From: an uncultured Acidobacteriaceae bacterium
Lineage (GTDB): Bacteria > Acidobacteriota > Terriglobia > Bryobacterales > Bryobacteraceae
Assembly (NCBI GenBank): GCA_963846035.1
Contig: CAWJUK010000027.1
Location: 3,867 to 67,866 of the forward strand
Reading direction: 5' to 3'
Length of the DNA stretch: 64,000 bases
The notes under the pieces are model-generated. The model saw nothing but the letters and a program-made list of their open reading frames with translations. It ran no database searches and had not been told where the DNA came from. Positions within the stretch are counted from its first letter, which is position 1. The number at the start of each line of letters is the position of its first letter. Positions 1-11,505 of this stretch are shown piece by piece. The position numbers and the translations under genes were made by a program.

Positions 1-2
1 AA

Positions 3-1253
3 GTGGACCGGCCCGAAGATGCCGACCTCGTTTTCTACAACACGTGCAGTATTCGCGATAAAGCCGAGCAGAAGGTGTTCAACCGCCTCCAGCAATTTAA
101 GCGTGAAGCCGGCAAGGGCAAGGTTTTCGCGGTTTTGGGCTGCGTCGCGCAGCAGGAAGGCGAGCGCATCTTCGAGCGCGCGCCTCATGTCAGTCTGGTT
201 GCCGGTTCTGCAAGCTACACGAAATTGCCGGAGATGCTCGTACAGCTCGAATCCGGGAATCGTCGCGTCACAGGCCTCGATCTCGATACCTCGGATACGT
301 TCGATACACCTTTCACTCGCCGCGACAACCCCCATCGCGCCTACATCACGATCATCGAAGGCTGCGACAAATCCTGTGCGTATTGTGTTGTGCCGTTTAC
401 GCGCGGTCCGGAACGAAGCCGCACCAGCGAGAGCGTCATGCGTGAGGCGCAAACGCTTGCCGAATCGGGCTATTCTGAAATTCAACTGCTCGGCCAAAAC
501 GTGAACAGCTATCGCGACCCGTCCGCCACAAATTGGGATTTCGCGCAGTTGCTCGCCCATACCGGAGCGATCCCGGGCATTCGACGCGTCCGCTTTACAA
601 CCTCGCATCCACGCGATTTCGTCAAGAGCATTATCGATGCCATCGACGAAAATCCAACTCTCTGCAATCACGTCCATTTGCCTGTCCAATCCGGATCCAC
701 TTCCGTGCTTTCACGCATGCAGCGCCTCTATACACGCGACCAGTACATGCGGCGTATCGATTGGATGAAAGGCGCGAAACGCGAAATCGCGATCACCACC
801 GATATCATCGTCGGCTTTCCCGGGGAGACGGACGGCGATTTCGATGAGACGCTCCGCCTCGCAGCCGAAGTCGAATACGACTCCATGTTTATCTTCAAAT
901 ATTCCAAGCGGCCGAATACGTCTGCCTTGCAATATGAAGATCACATTCCGGAAGAAGAGAAAACACGTCGCTTGATGGTCTTGCAAGAGCGGCAGCGTGG
1001 CATTCAGATTCGGCGCAACGCCAGGTACGTCGGCAAATCTGAGAACGTTCATGTGGAAGGATTCAATCTTGCGACCGGGCAGTGGATCGGACGTACGACT
1101 CAAAACAAGACCCTCAATTTCACCGATGAGACGCTACCCGCCCCCACTCCGGACTGCACTTTGGTCGGCCGTTATGCCGACGTGATGGTGACGCGTGCAG
1201 GGCCGAACAGTTTAGCCGGTGAGCGTTTGTCGTCCGCCGCTCGCGTGCAATAG
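3..1253 (+). CDS. miaB: tRNA methylthiotransferase MiaB; the 5' end lies outside the window
   Basis: The ORF is open to the window edge. It has the radical-SAM CxxxCxxC motif (EGCDKSCAYCVVPFTRGPERSR), the MTTase N-terminal Cys region (NTCSIRDKAEQK..LGCVAQ) and a C-terminal TRAM-like segment. Confidence 0.9.
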   Translation: MDRPEDADLVFYNTCSIRDKAEQKVFNRLQQFKREAGKGKVFAVLGCVAQQEGERIFERAPHVSLVAGSASYTKLPEMLVQLESGNRRVTGLDLDTSDTFDTPFTRRDNPHRAYITIIEGCDKSCAYCVVPFTRGPERSRTSESVMREAQTLAESGYSEIQLLGQNVNSYRDPSATNWDFAQLLAHTGAIPGIRRVRFTTSHPRDFVKSIIDAIDENPTLCNHVHLPVQSGSTSVLSRMQRLYTRDQYMRRIDWMKGAKREIAITTDIIVGFPGETDGDFDETLRLAAEVEYDSMFIFKYSKRPNTSALQYEDHIPEEEKTRRLMVLQERQRGIQIRRNARYVGKSENVHVEGFNLATGQWIGRTTQNKTLNFTDETLPAPTPDCTLVGRYADVMVTRAGPNSLAGERLSSAARVQ

Positions 1254-1281
1254 GAAATTGAGTCTCTGGAAGGAGGAATAC

Positions 1282-1767
1282 GTGGAAGTTGAGATGAAAA
1301 TTCGCGGCCTGATGATGGATCCGATGACCAACATGCCCATCGTCGTACTGAAGGATCTGGCTGGAGACTCTGTCTTGCCGATCTGGGTCGGCATCTATGA
1401 AGCGAACGCCATCGCTCTCGAGATCGAAAAGGTCACGACTCCTCGCCCCATGACTCATGACCTGATCAAAATCCTGTTAATGGGTCTCGACGCGGCGATT
1501 AAGAAGGTCGTCGTCAGCGAGCTGAAGGACGATACATTCTACGCACTGATATGGCTCGAGCGCGACGGAAATCTGATCAGCGTCGACTCACGCCCCAGCG
1601 ATGCCCTCGCGCTTGCTCTGCGCCACGATTGCCCGATTTACGTTGAAGACCGGGTGCTCCAATCATCCAAGAGCTCCAACGCTGTCTCCGAGAAGGTTAA
1701 CAACGAAGAACTGCGAAAGTGGCTCGAAAACCTGAACGACGAAGACCTGGGCCGCTATAAAATGTAG
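1282..1767 (+). CDS. bifunctional nuclease family protein (BFN/DUF151)
   Basis: MKIRGLMMDPMTNMPIVVLKD..LPIWVGIYEANAIALEIEKV..PRPMTHDL is the conserved BFN-domain N-terminus. AGGAGG at 1271-1276 precedes GTG 1282 (alternative ATG at 1294). Confidence 0.8.
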   Translation: MEVEMKIRGLMMDPMTNMPIVVLKDLAGDSVLPIWVGIYEANAIALEIEKVTTPRPMTHDLIKILLMGLDAAIKKVVVSELKDDTFYALIWLERDGNLISVDSRPSDALALALRHDCPIYVEDRVLQSSKSSNAVSEKVNNEELRKWLENLNDEDLGRYKM

Positions 1768-1888
1768 CGCGCAGCGTTCTTCCGCAAAACTGACGATTAG
1801 GCAATAGCCTTCCAAAAAACGACGAAAGCCCGTGTGATTTTTCGGGTGCCTCGCGCGAATCATGGTTTGAACGCTTGAAAGAAAGCCG

Positions 1889-2380
1889 ATGACCTCGCCA
1901 GGATTCCAGGAAAAATTCCAGCGGCTGATCGACGAGCACAGGAAGATCCTCTATAAGATCTCGAATTCATACTGCAGGAATCGTGACGACCGCGACGATC
2001 TTGCGCAGGAAATCGTCGTGCAGTTGTGGCGCTCTTTCCGTACGTTCGACGGACGCTGCCGATTTTCCACGTGGATGTACCGAATCGCTCTTAACGTCGC
2101 GATTTCGTTCTATCGCCGGGAGAGCACGAGAACGCGCAATCTCGCTTTGGTGGATGAGCACGTTTTGGAAACTGTTCAAGGCGACGCCCAACCTTCAGAG
2201 ATACGGCTGCTCTACGAGTACATCGGCACGCTTGATCCTTTGAACAAAGCTCTCGTTCTTCTATACCTGGACGGGAACAGCTACGACGAGATTGCGAACG
2301 TCTTAGGGATCAGCAAAACCAACGTCGCAACAAAGATTAGCAGGCTGAAAACTACGATGAGGCGGGAAGTCACACAATAA
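1889..2380 (+). CDS. ECF-type RNA polymerase sigma-70 family factor
   Basis: Region 2 is DLAQEIVVQLWRSFRTFDGRCRFSTWMYRIALNVAISFYRRE. The region 4 HTH is SYDEIANVLGISKTNVATKISRLK. Length is 163 aa. Confidence 0.85.
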   Translation: MTSPGFQEKFQRLIDEHRKILYKISNSYCRNRDDRDDLAQEIVVQLWRSFRTFDGRCRFSTWMYRIALNVAISFYRRESTRTRNLALVDEHVLETVQGDAQPSEIRLLYEYIGTLDPLNKALVLLYLDGNSYDEIANVLGISKTNVATKISRLKTTMRREVTQ

Positions 2381-2393
2381 GAGGGCCAAACCA

Positions 2394-3056
2394 ATGGAAC
2401 TGGATGAACTTAAAGAAAAATGGGCTGAATACGACCGAAAGCTCGAATCGAGTATTCGGCTGAACCATCAGCTTCTGACCGACACGAAACTGAACCGGAC
2501 ACGGTCGTCCTTGACGCGGCTGTCCGTGTATCTGGGTTTGGAAGCAGTGGCGTGGCTTGCAGTCATTATCGTGCTTGGCAATTTTATTTACGAGCATATT
2601 TCCATGGCGCGGTTTGCCGTGCCTGCTGTGGCGCTGGATCTGTACTCGATTGCAATGTTGAGCTCTCTCATACGGCAGATTGCGCTTGCCCGGCGTATAG
2701 ACTATAGCGAGCCAATCGCAGCCATCCAGAAACAGATTGAGGCGCTTCGGGTGCTGCACATCCGGACCATCCAGTGGGGCGTGCTGGCAGGACTCGTGGG
2801 TTGGGTGCCCTTTGTGATTGTCGTCTTTAAGGCGGTTTTCGGAGTGGACGTCTATGAAGGTGCCTGGGTGTGGAGCAATGTGGCGTTCGGGCTGGCCCTT
2901 ATCCCGATGGCGATCTGGGTATCGAAGAAATTCGGGCATCGTTTGAATCGCTCCCCGGCTATTCAGGCGTTCATGAGGAGCCTCGCTGGATATAACCTGA
3001 ACGCGGCGGCCGAGTTTCTTGCTGAACTTTCCCGTTTCGAGCGCGAAACGCCCTAG
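2394..3056 (+). CDS. membrane protein of unknown function, probably cotranscribed with the ECF sigma (possible anti-sigma partner)
   Basis: It starts 14 nt after the sigma gene. A cytoplasmic N-terminal helix is followed by about four hydrophobic segments (LSVYLGLEAVAWLAVIIVLGNFI, FAVPAVALDLYSIAMLSSLI, WGVLAGLVGWVPFVIVVF, VAFGLALIPMAIWV). I recognise no family motif. Confidence 0.55.
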   Translation: MELDELKEKWAEYDRKLESSIRLNHQLLTDTKLNRTRSSLTRLSVYLGLEAVAWLAVIIVLGNFIYEHISMARFAVPAVALDLYSIAMLSSLIRQIALARRIDYSEPIAAIQKQIEALRVLHIRTIQWGVLAGLVGWVPFVIVVFKAVFGVDVYEGAWVWSNVAFGLALIPMAIWVSKKFGHRLNRSPAIQAFMRSLAGYNLNAAAEFLAELSRFERETP

Positions 3057-3071
3057 CCGATGCGCTGACCG

Positions 3072-4689
3072 TTATCGTCGACCAAAACTTACACGCCGGA
3101 TAAACCGAATCGCCTGATGTTCGAGTAACTGCGTAATCACCGCTTCGTTCACCGGCTCGTCCGTTTCGATAATTGAAATCGCGGTTAACGTCTCGCCCGC
3201 TCGTAATTCAGGACCTGCTGCCACATCTTGCCGTCCCAGGGCGAAATTGGCGATGTTGATCCCGTTGCGCCCCAAAACTGTGCCCACGTATCCAATCACG
3301 CCCGGAACGTCGTCGTTCTTCGAATAAACGAGATTTCCTTCGAGTGTCGCTTCACAGGCAATCCCCTCCACCTGCAGTAGCCGCGGTTTGTCGAGCACCA
3401 CGGCGCCCGTCGCCGAGACCACGCCGATGTCTGACCCCAGTTCCATGCGAATGGAATCCATATGTGCCCGCCCCGGGTCCCTCTGTTCGATGACCCGGAA
3501 TCCGCGCTGCGTCGCGATCTGCATCGCATTCACAAGATTTGCTCGATACTCGCCGCGGTATTCCAAGGACCGGCTCAGCACGCCCGCAATCCCCGCATTC
3601 CGCAAAATCTGCGTATTCTGATCCGCCAGACGCCCCAGATAAAACAACCGAATGGTGTGCGCGTTCCCAGTCGAGATATGACTGAGAAACAATCCGATGC
3701 GCTCCGCCAGATCGATAAACGGTCCCAGCGCGCGATATTGTTCCGCCGTCAAGGCGGGCATGTTTACCGCGTTTAGCGCCACGCCGCTCTTGAGATATTC
3801 GACCAATTGTTCCGCGATGCGCAGCCCTACTGTCTCTTGCGCCTCTTCCGTCGAGCCCGCGATGTGAGGCGTCGCGATCACCGGCTCCAGTGGCAGCGTC
3901 GGGTCTCCCGTGGGCGGCTCGTTCTCGAAGACGTCCAAACCCGCCCCGGCAACCCGTCCAGCTTCAATCGCTTGTTCCAGCGCCTTCGCGTCGATCAGCT
4001 CGCCTCGCGCGCAATTGACAATCCGCACTCCGGGCTTCATCCGCCGAAACGCCTCTGCGTTGAGCATGTGATCGGTCTCCGGCGTCAGCGCCACGTGCAG
4101 CGTGATGTAATCGCTTTGCGCAAACAAGCCGGGCAAGGCCGCGAGCTCTACATCCAAATCGCGTGCGGCTTGTGAGCTGACATAAGGATCGTGCGCAACC
4201 ACCCGCATCTCGAAAGCCTTCGCCCTCTTAACAACTTCGCGTCCCACATTCCCCAATCCCACGACACCCAACGTTTTTCCGCGGAGCTCATTCCCCAAGA
4301 ATTTCTTCTTTTCCCATCGACCCGCCTTGGTCGAAGCGCTGGCCTGCGGTACCCAGCGTGCCATCGACAAGCATGAGTGCAAGCGTGTGCTCCGCCACCG
4401 ACACTGCGTTTCCGCCGGGGGTGTTCATCACCAGCACGCCCGCTTCTGTGGCGGCCGCGACATCGACGTTATCTACGCCGACGCCGGCTCGCCCCACGGT
4501 CCGCAGTTTCGGCGCTCTTTGGAGCACTTCCCGCGTAACTTGAACTGCGCTTCGCACCACTAACGCGTCGCATTCGTCGAGATGCACTTCAAAAGTCTTT
4601 ACGTCTGCTTCGATCACGTCCCATCCGGCCTGCGAGCGCATCAAGTCCATCGCCGCCGGTGCGAGCGGTTCCGCAACAAGAATTTTCAT
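3072..4689 (-). pseudogene. serA: D-3-phosphoglycerate dehydrogenase, reading frame broken once near 4368
   Basis: ORF 4288..4689 (..[19 protein letters not shown]) and ORF 3072..4382 ([23 protein letters not shown].., GVVGLGNVG Rossmann motif, ACT-like C-terminus) are consecutive parts of one PGDH. Removing one T from CTTG at about 4368-4371 restores LMLSMARW. This may be an assembly indel rather than a true pseudogene. Confidence 0.85.
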
Positions 4690-4716
4690 CGAAACGAAGT
4701 GTGATCCGAACTAGCG

Positions 4717-5892
4717 TTACTGCAACGCGACCGCCGCTTCTTTCTCGAGCGCAGCTTCCGCGTATACATTCTGTACGCGCGCGACCCCGGTGCCGAACTG
4801 CACGGGATAGCCATTGGCCGCCAGAATCAGCTCGAGCTCGGCCACTACTGCAAACAAATCGTGGAAATCGAAATAGCCGAGATGCGCGAGCCGAAAAATC
4901 TGGCCCGACATCGATCCTTGGCCGTTGGTGATGATGGCGTTGAACCGTTTTCGAAACTCCTTCACGATCACGCCGGAATCCATTCCAGCGGGTGGCCGAA
5001 CCGCGGTTGCCGACGACGCGGGCGAGCTCGAAAATAGCCGCAAGCCGAGCACTTTCATCGCTTCGCGGGTTGCTTCCGCGAGTAGTTGCGCGTTTTCGAT
5101 CAGCTTGTCCATCCCGATCGCCTTTATATATTTCAAGCTCTCGGCGAACGCAAGCAGCAGCGCCGTGTTCGGTGTCCAAGCCGACTCGCCCGATGCCGCG
5201 GCCGTCCGCTCTCGCTTCAAATCGAAATAGAATCGAGGAGCTGTAGCTTGCTCCGCGGCCGCCCACGCCTTTTCGCTGACCGCGAGGAACGCCAGGCCTG
5301 GCGGAATCATGAACGCTTTCTGCGATCCGCCGACCACCACGTCCAAGCCCCATTCCTCGATCCGGAGCGGCATGGTGCCGAACCCGGTAATCGCGTCGAC
5401 TACAAAGAGCGCATCGGTTTTCTTGACGGCACGGCCCATCGCCTCGATATCGTGCTCCGTTCCGGTCGAGGTTTCCGACGCTTGCACGAATACGCCGCGA
5501 ATATCCGTGTTCTCCGCGAGCGCTCGCTCCACCGCTTCGGGCGAAACCGCATCGCCATATGGTGCCGTCAATACCATCGCCCGCAGTCCCCAAGCTCTCG
5601 CCAATTCCACCCAACGCTCGCCGAACTTTCCCGCCGAGCAGACCAGCACTTCATCTCCCGGTGAAAAGAAATTCTGCGCTGCCGCCTCCAACCCGCCGGA
5701 ACCGGAAGCCACCAGAATGAGAACGTCGTTCCCTGTGCCCAGCACCTCGCGCAAATCCGAAAGAACCTGCTTATAAAGATTGCGAAAATCTTCCGTTCGG
5801 TGATGGATATCGGCGCCCATCATCGCGTGCAGCGCCGCCGGCAACAACGGCGTCGGACCCGGCGTCAAAAGACGCTGTTTCTTGATATGCAT
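4717..5892 (-). CDS. class-V (PLP) aminotransferase, serine-pyruvate / phosphoserine aminotransferase type
   Basis: The start is ATG 5892 (MHIKKQRLLTPGPTPL). The PLP-lysine region is VVGGSQKAFMIPPGLAF. It lies immediately upstream of serA on the same strand. Confidence 0.8.
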   Translation of the reverse strand: MHIKKQRLLTPGPTPLLPAALHAMMGADIHHRTEDFRNLYKQVLSDLREVLGTGNDVLILVASGSGGLEAAAQNFFSPGDEVLVCSAGKFGERWVELARAWGLRAMVLTAPYGDAVSPEAVERALAENTDIRGVFVQASETSTGTEHDIEAMGRAVKKTDALFVVDAITGFGTMPLRIEEWGLDVVVGGSQKAFMIPPGLAFLAVSEKAWAAAEQATAPRFYFDLKRERTAAASGESAWTPNTALLLAFAESLKYIKAIGMDKLIENAQLLAEATREAMKVLGLRLFSSSPASSATAVRPPAGMDSGVIVKEFRKRFNAIITNGQGSMSGQIFRLAHLGYFDFHDLFAVVAELELILAANGYPVQFGTGVARVQNVYAEAALEKEAAVALQ

Positions 5893-5956
5893 TCGGAGTG
5901 TCGACCGAAACGAGCTATGCGGCGGAAGCCTCAGAATAACAGACCTGCACGCTGTT

Positions 5957-6719
5957 CTATCGACCAAATTCCGGGATTACGACGACGAAAGTGGCGTCAA
6001 TAATCGCATGCATCAGCATGCAAATCGGCAGATTGCGCCGCCAGAGATAAAGGAGCGTCAGAAAACCTCCGGCGATTGCCGGAATCAAGAGCGCCGCTGA
6101 CCATCCATACCGCCCGAGGTGACCGAAGGTGAAAAAAACCAATGACAATCCACCCGCTATCCAACGGTTTCCTGTGAAGTGCGCGATCTCCTCGATCCCG
6201 AAACCACGGTACATAAATTCTTCGCAAATGCCGGCGGTCAAGACCAAAATGATACGCAGGGAAATCGGGACTGCCGCCAGACTACGAAGATCGGGCATCC
6301 CAGGGGCGGATGAAAACAACCGGCTCGCGATTCCAGTTGCAATTGCATTCCCCACAAGTGCCCCCACCATCGCCAGCACATCGCGCCAACCGAACATCTC
6401 GAGCCCGAAGTGCGAAGCTCCGTGTCGTAGCACTCCAAAGGCGATGAATCCGAGAATACAGGCCACCGCCCATTCGGCAAGCAATGGTGATCAGATCGTC
6501 ATGAGCACTGGCAAGATTGTGATGAGAGATGCCGGACAACAGAAAAATGAATGTCCAGCCAAAGGCGATCGCTAATCCGAGAATTCGCGCCACCGAAGCG
6601 CCGCGGGCTTGCTGCACTGTGGCTTCCCTGATTTCGCTGCACCTCAGAATATATGTACCAGGAGCGAACGGGCTGGCGGCCAAACAGAAGTGACAACGCG
6701 CCGTAAACATTCGGCGCAT
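5957..6719 (-). pseudogene. CPBP-family intramembrane glutamic endopeptidase, frame broken near 6482; start codon uncertain
   Basis: ORF 5957..6484 carries the CPBP motifs EEFMYRG, FGHL and HAIIDA. The N-terminal TM segments (ILGLAIAFGWTFIFLL..DDLITI) continue in ORF 6282..6719, one frame away. Confidence 0.6.
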
Positions 6720-6753
6720 AAAGCGAGTCCGGTGAATCGCTCAGAGAATGGAA

Positions 6754-8160
<1,407 letters not shown>

Positions 8161-8256
8161 TCAGATGTATAGAGTGTGTACAAACCCTGACTATGGTACC
8201 GCTGATTTGGGTTCCTGAACGATTGGAACGGAGCTGAAGGCCTACTTGCGATCGCC

Positions 8257-10826
8257 TCAATTGGGGAAATGCATCCGGCGAACAAGATCCTGAAATCGCG
8301 GATCCGACCGCAGGCGATCGTAACACGGCTCAACGTTGATGTTGTTGAGAGTTGCAACTCGCGTGTTGTAAGCTTCGCTCCAGCCGTTCCATGGCCAGCT
8401 TCTTCTCGCCGGCGGCGGCGTAAAGCCGGCCGAGAGCTTCGGGAGAAACATAGCGTGTGAGAGAGTTCGCCTCAAGCATTGCCCCAATCCGCCGCGCCTC
8501 GCGCTGTTTGCCTGCTTCGGCGTACCCCCACCCTAGCGCTGCCACATCTGCCGGAGAATGATCCGATAGATCCACGGCGCGCTCAAACTCCGTGATGGCT
8601 GCACTGTACATGCCCTTCTTTGTGTAAATCCATCCGAGCATATTGTGCGCAGGTGCATAACTCGGATCAAAGTCGATGGTCTTCTTGATCTGTAACGCTG
8701 CATCGTCGTATCGGCGCGCCAAATAAAGAGCACCTCCGAAGGTTTCGTTGATCGCGAGCGACAAAGGGTCAAGCTGCCTGGCTTGTTTGATTTCGGCGAT
8801 CGCTTCGTTGTTGCGCCCTAACACCGAAAGCAGCTCGCTGTACCAGTGATGGGCGGGAGCATAGCCGGAGTTCAGTTGAATGGCTCTTCGAAATTCGCGC
8901 TCACCGCCGGACCAATCCCAGTGATAACTGAATAGATTGTCTGCAAGTGCGGCGTGCGCTTCTCCCAACGTGTCATCAATGGACAAGGCTTTCCGCGCGG
9001 CAGCTTCAGCTTTTGGGAATGACTCGGAAGGCGAAGGCCCTCCATCGTAGAAACTGATCACGTTGTAAGTGTCGGCGAGACCGACGTACGCCAAAGCATA
9101 TTGAGGCTCGGCGTCGATCGCCATCTGGAAATACTCTGCTGCTTTCGCGAGGCCAATCGGCGTCCGCTTGGCCCAGAAGTACCGGCCGCGAAGATAGTCT
9201 TCATAAGCAGCCGCGCTCACTGGGCGATCATGCCGCCGATTTTGTTTATTTCCGGGACGCAGATTGACAGCAACCCGGTTAGCGATGTCACTGCTAATTT
9301 CGTCCTGCATGGCCCAAAGATCGCTCTGGTCCCGTTCGTAGGTCTCCGCCCACAAATACCGGTCATTTCGTGCATCCAATAACTGCGCCTGGATCTTAAC
9401 CTTGCCCCCGTGCCGCACAACCGAGCCCTCTACTACGGCGTCTACGTTCAAAGCGCGCGCGATATCGCGCAGCGGCTTGTGGACTCCTTTGTACTGCATC
9501 ACCGACGTCCGGGAAATTACACGCAATGGAGTGCTCTGCACCAGATTCGTTATGAGCTGGTCTGTCATGCCGTCGACAAAATACTCCTGTTCCGGGTCGC
9601 GAGCGAGGTTCTCCATTGGAAGCACTGCGACGGATTCAATGTTCGGATGAACCGTTCCAATCGCTCGAGCGTGCAAACCATTCAGTCGAAAAACGGTCAG
9701 CGCAAGCAGCAGCAAGCCAGCCGCGACGAGTGTCGCGATAAGCTTCTTCGAATGGCGTGTGCGGGGCGTCGTTGATCCAGGCTGCAGCGCCTCCAGCGTG
9801 CGCACAATCTCCTCCGCCGAAGGGCGCGCCGTCGCATCCTTGGCAAGCATGGCCAGAATGAGCGAATTCAGAGCTGATGTGACGAGCGGGTTAACCGATG
9901 ACGGGGGCGCCGGCTCCTCGGTGAGCATTCTATGGAGTGTTTCGGAGGCCGACCCACCTGCGAACGCATGCCGGCCAGTTGCTAATTCGTACAGCACCAG
10001 GCCAAAAGAGAAGATGTCGCTATCGTAAGAGACCAATTCGCCACGCGCCTGTTCGGGTGACATGTAGCGCAAAGTTCCACCGCCGAGGCCCGCTGTCGAG
10101 GCGAGTCCCTCATCCGCCGCACACAGCGCGAGTCCAAAATCCAGCACCTTCACATACCCGTCACGCCGGACCAGAATGTTCTCCGGTTTGACGTCGCGGT
10201 GGACAATCCCGTGAGCGTGAGCCGTCGCCAACGCTCGCGCAACCTGCAGACCATAGTCGAGAACGCGATGCATCGGCTGGGGAGTTCCGCTCAATTCCCG
10301 CAACGATGTCCCATCGATGAATTCCATGACGATGATGGGAGCTTCCTCATGCCGGATCACCTCATGGACAGTGACAATATTCGGGTGGTTCAGTGCGGAC
10401 GCGGCCCTCGCTTCACGTGTGGCGGGTTCCATCGCTCGGCGAGTACCTCCGCCAAACACCGCTTCGCAGGAGAGGAATTTCAGGGCGACTAGGCGGTCGA
10501 GCTCGGTATCGTGAGCGGCCCAGACCTCACCCATACCGCCTCGACCGAGAAGATCGGTCGCCTCGTAGCGTCCGAACTTCTGTCCCGCGGCAACTGCCTC
10601 GCCTCGCCGTCGCCGTCCCTGAGCTATCTAGGTTCGCAAAGCGCAACGGAGATTCGTTCAGGAAGCTCCCTGCGGCTTCGTCATCCCGCAGCATCTGCTC
10701 AACCGCCAGCCGCAATGAGGAGTCATTGCTGCAAGCCGAATCGAGCACGGCAACCCGCTCACCAGCCGTCTTCTCGCGGGCAGCATGGAACAGCTCGACA
10801 ACCTGGCTCCATTGCTCGGGCGACAT
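8257..10826 (-). pseudogene. Ser/Thr protein kinase with TM segment and extracytoplasmic TPR domain; two frame breaks (about 10600 and about 8375)
   Basis: Three pieces make up the gene.
- 10527..10826: N-terminal helical region.
- 8330..10534, with an in-frame extension upstream: GRGGMGEVW, HRDVKPENIL, DFG, the TM segment LIATLVAAGLLLLALTVF, and TPR repeats.
- 8257..8487: the tail YNTRVATLNNINVEPCYDRLRSDPRFQDLVRRM.
Deleting one A at about 8375 gives LERAYNTR. Confidence 0.85.
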
Positions 10827-10832
10827 CGAGAG

Positions 10833-11414
10833 TTACTCCATCCGGACCAGAGTTTCAGGCCGCACTTGCCCTTTTAGCCATGCTCTGGCGGCCACCCAGT
10901 CACGTTTCACGGTCACCGGAGAAATATTCAGAGCTTCCGCCGTTTCTTCCACTGACAGTCCGCCGAAATACCGCAATTCCACCACCTGCCGCTGGCGAGC
11001 GTTCATGGCCTGCAGCCTATCGAGCGCAATATGCAGCGCAATCAATTCTTCTGCCTGCTCGCCCGAAAGCCCAGCGCAATCTTCCGCTCGCGCGGTATCG
11101 GGGGCCCTTTTCAGCGCCTGTTTGCGGCGCGCGTGGTCGATTAGAATCCGTCGCATCACCGCAGCGCTTACCGCAATGAAGTGAGCGCGATTCTGCCAGT
11201 CCCTGGCCTGGTCGCCCACCAGCCGCAAATACGCCTCGTTGATCAGCGCTGTTGGTTGAAGCGTATGTCCGGGCCGTTCGCGGCGCAAGTGCAGCCGTGC
11301 CAGAGCGTGTAACTGGTGTAATATCAGCGGAACCAGTCGATCGGCAGCCTCAGAGTCGCCCGCCCTCATCTGGTGCAGAAGCACGGTAACGTCACCCGGT
11401 GTGCGCGCTTCCAT
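10833..11414 (-). CDS. ECF-like sigma factor of the kinase-associated type (TIGR02999 / ECF43-like)
   Basis: The start is ATG 11414 (MEARTPGDVTVLLHQMRAGD). The sequence RERPGHTLQPTALINEAYLRLV..WQNRAHFIAVSAAVMRRILIDHAR is typical of this family, as is the region 4 sequence LSVEETAEALNISPVTVKRDW. The kinase gene starts 6 nt downstream. Confidence 0.8.
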   Translation of the reverse strand: MEARTPGDVTVLLHQMRAGDSEAADRLVPLILHQLHALARLHLRRERPGHTLQPTALINEAYLRLVGDQARDWQNRAHFIAVSAAVMRRILIDHARRKQALKRAPDTARAEDCAGLSGEQAEELIALHIALDRLQAMNARQRQVVELRYFGGLSVEETAEALNISPVTVKRDWVAARAWLKGQVRPETLVRME

Positions 11415-11505
11415 ACAGCTCTGTAGGCGATGATTTCCCGAGCATAGCACCCAAAAATCGACCCAATTGATCCGTTCCGATGCTCGTTTGCGCTTTACTG
11501 ATCAG

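Noticed and set aside
4589-5614. 341-aa minus-strand ORF overlapping the aminotransferase gene
   Set aside because: It is out of frame within a well-supported class-V aminotransferase. Its translation is Arg/Gly/Ala-rich with no motifs, which is typical of alternative-frame ORFs in GC-rich DNA.
10393-11184. 263-aa and 222-aa plus-strand ORFs antisense to the kinase N-terminus and sigma gene
   Set aside because: The opposite strand has clear sigma-70 region 2/4 and kinase sequences. These translations are Arg/Ser/Ala-rich with no motifs.
11415-11505. ECF-type promoter (GGAAC at 11478-11474 on the minus strand) upstream of the sigma gene
   Set aside because: After a 16-17-nt spacer there is no CGT-type -10 element, and I do not know the ECF43 promoter consensus. 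I did not call it.
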